A stretch of DNA of 64,000 nucleotides from Takakia lepidozioides (Eukaryota; Plantae; Bryophyta): assembly GCA_030704615.1 (NCBI GenBank), contig CM060733.1, positions 6,758,001-6,822,000 of the forward strand, given 5' to 3'. The notes under the pieces are model-generated. The model worked only from the letters and a program-made list of their open reading frames with translations, made no database searches and had not been told where the DNA came from. Below are positions 62,018-64,000 of the stretch, piece by piece (positions within the stretch are counted from its first letter, which is position 1; the number at the start of each line of letters is the position of its first letter). The translations under genes were made by a program, and so were the position numbers.

Positions 62018-64000
62018 TACAGAGGGTTACATGGTGGTGAGGGTTACAGAGGGTCAGAGAGGGTTACATGGAGTGAGGGTTACATAGGGTGAGGGTGACA
62101 CTCTGCGGTGTACAGAGGGTTACATGGTGGTGAGGGTTACAAAGGGTCACAGAGGGTTACATGGGTTATAGAGGGTTACATGGAGTGAGGGTTACATAAG
62201 GGTGAGGGCGACACTCTGCGGTGTTACAGAGGGTTACATAGGTTACAAACAGAGGGTTTTGAGGGTTACAAGTGAGGGTTACATGGTGGCGAGGGTGACA
62301 CTCTGCGGTGTTACAGAGGGTTACATGGTGGTAAGGGTTACACCTGGTGAGGGATATAGAGGGTCACAGAGGGTTACATGGGTTACAGAGGGTTACATGG
62401 TGAGGGTTACAGAGGGTCAGAGAGGGTTACATGGAATGGGGGGGTGAGGGTGACACTCTGCGTGTTACAGAGGGTTACATAGGTTAGGGTTTGTGAGGGG
62501 AGGGGTGGGTTACATGAGTGAGGTACATGGTGGCGAGGGTGACACTCTGCGGTGTTACAGAGGGTTACAGAGGTTACAAAGGTCAGAGAGGGTTACATGG
62601 AATGAGGGTTACATAGGGGTGAGGGTGACACTCTGCGGTGTTACAGAGGGTTACGGTTAGGGGAGGGTTACAGTTACAGGGTTACATGGAGTGAGGTTAC
62701 ATAAGGGGTGAGGGTGACACTCTACGGTGTTACACTGGGTTACATAGGGTACAGAGGTTACAGGGTTACAGGGTGACACTCTGCGGTGTACAGAGGTTAC
62801 ATGGAGGTAAGGGTTACACCTGGTGAGGGATATAGAGGGTCACAGAGGGTTACATGGTGGTGAGGGTTACAGAAGGTCAGAGAGGGTTACATGGAATGAG
62901 GGTTACATAGGGATGAGGGTGACACTCTGTGGTGTTACAGAGGGTTACATGGTGGTGAGGGTTACAAGGGTCACAGAGGGTTACATGGGTTACAGAGGGT
63001 TACAGTTACAGAGGGTTACATGGAGTGAGGGTTACATAAGGTGAGGGCGACACTCTGCGGTGTTACAGAGGGTTACATGGGTTACAGAGCCATAGAGGGT
63101 TTGTGATGGTTACATGGAGTGAGGGTGATATGGGTGAGGGTGACACTTTGCGGTGTCACAGAGGGTTTGTGAGGGTTACGGAGGGTTACATGGTGGCGAG
63201 GGTGACACTCTGCGGTGTTACAGGGGGTTACATGGTGGTAAGGGTTACACTTGGTGAGGGATATAGAGGGTCACACATGGGTTACAGAGGGTTACAGGGT
63301 TACAGAGGGTGGGTTACAGGTTGAGGGTTACAGAGGGTCAGAGAGGGTTACATGGAGGGTTACATAGGGGTGAGGGTGACACTCTGCGGTGTTACAGAGG
63401 GTTACAAAGGGTCATAGAGGGTTACAAAGGGGTCACAGAGGGTTACATGGGTTACAGAGGGTTACATGGAGTGAGGGTTACATAAGGGTGAGGGCGACAC
63501 TCTGCGGTGTTACAGAGGGTTACATGGGTTACAGAGCCACAGAGGGTTACAGGGATGGGATGAGGGTGACACTCTGCGGTGTCACAGAGGTTTGTGAGGG
63601 TTAGGGTTACATGGTGGCGAGGGTGACAGTGTTACAGAGAGGGTTACATGAGGGTTACATGGTGAGGGTGACAGGTGTCACACGGAGGGTTACATGGTGG
63701 CGAGGGTGACACTTTGCGGTGTTACAGAGGGTTACATGGTGGTAAGGGTTACACCTGGTGAGGGATATAGAGGGTCACAGAGGGTTACATGGTTACAGAG
63801 GGTACAGGGTCACAGGGGTTACATGGGTTACAGAGGGTCACAGAGGATTACATGGGTTACAAAGGGTTACAGAGGATTACATGGAGTGAGGGTTACACTC
63901 TGCGGTGTTACAGAGGGTTACATGGGTTACAGAGGGTTACATAGGGTTACATGGGTTGCAAAGTGTTATAGAGGGTTACATGTAGTGAGGGTTACATAGG
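62018..64000 (-). repeat. Right terminal array (GGGTTACA/GGGTGACA), inverted copy of the left array
   Basis: Direct reading; it shares rare variants such as GGGTTGCAAAGTGTTA and GGTGAGGGATATAGAGGG with the left array. Confidence 0.95.

Larger units (their letters stand above)
44225..64000. mobile_element. Giant foldback Mutator-like element (MULE) with kb-long inverted tandem arrays; extends past the window end
   Basis: The left array 44428-47110 and right array 62018-64000 are collinear reverse complements (64000 corresponds to ~44620). It contains a convergent transposase (+) and Ulp1-containing gene (-). Confidence 0.8.

Noticed and set aside
44428-64000. Telomere or interstitial telomeric repeat
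   Set aside because: Units are TGTAACCC/TGTCACCC with variable linkers, not (TTTAGGG)n or (TTAGGG)n. The two arrays are collinear inverted copies around TE genes.

Overview
Eukaryotic nuclear DNA from a land plant, most likely a bryophyte such as a moss. This is inferred from the intron-containing Lhca1, an LRR-RLK, a CVNH lectin and a Tcn1-type chromovirus. Three intact host genes are reconstructable with GT-AG introns: a secreted cyanovirin-N-homolog lectin (16264-17336, -), Lhca1 (31494-33274, +) and an LRR receptor-like kinase (33790-38277, -). The rest is nested transposons with unusual cargo or structure. (1) A frameshifted C5 DNA-methyltransferase domain at 1-~640, probably retrotransposon-borne. 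(2) A hAT element carrying a RING-finger gene and two phased arrays of palindromes. (3) A 9.4-kb chimeric chromovirus with one TSD whose inverted core matches the minus-strand cDNA expected from Tf1-style self-priming. (4) A ~20-kb foldback Mutator-like element with kb-long inverted arrays of a TGT(A/C)ACCC motif. It encodes a MULE-SWIM transposase and a zinc-finger/Ulp1-protease gene, and the same motif saturates its introns and even its coding sequence, which makes it a candidate VANDAL-like self-recognition or anti-silencing system. A deleted Ty3/gypsy element is nested inside it. No CRISPR array, rRNA or bona fide tRNA was seen. Domain calls come from motif recognition by eye, not from database searches.
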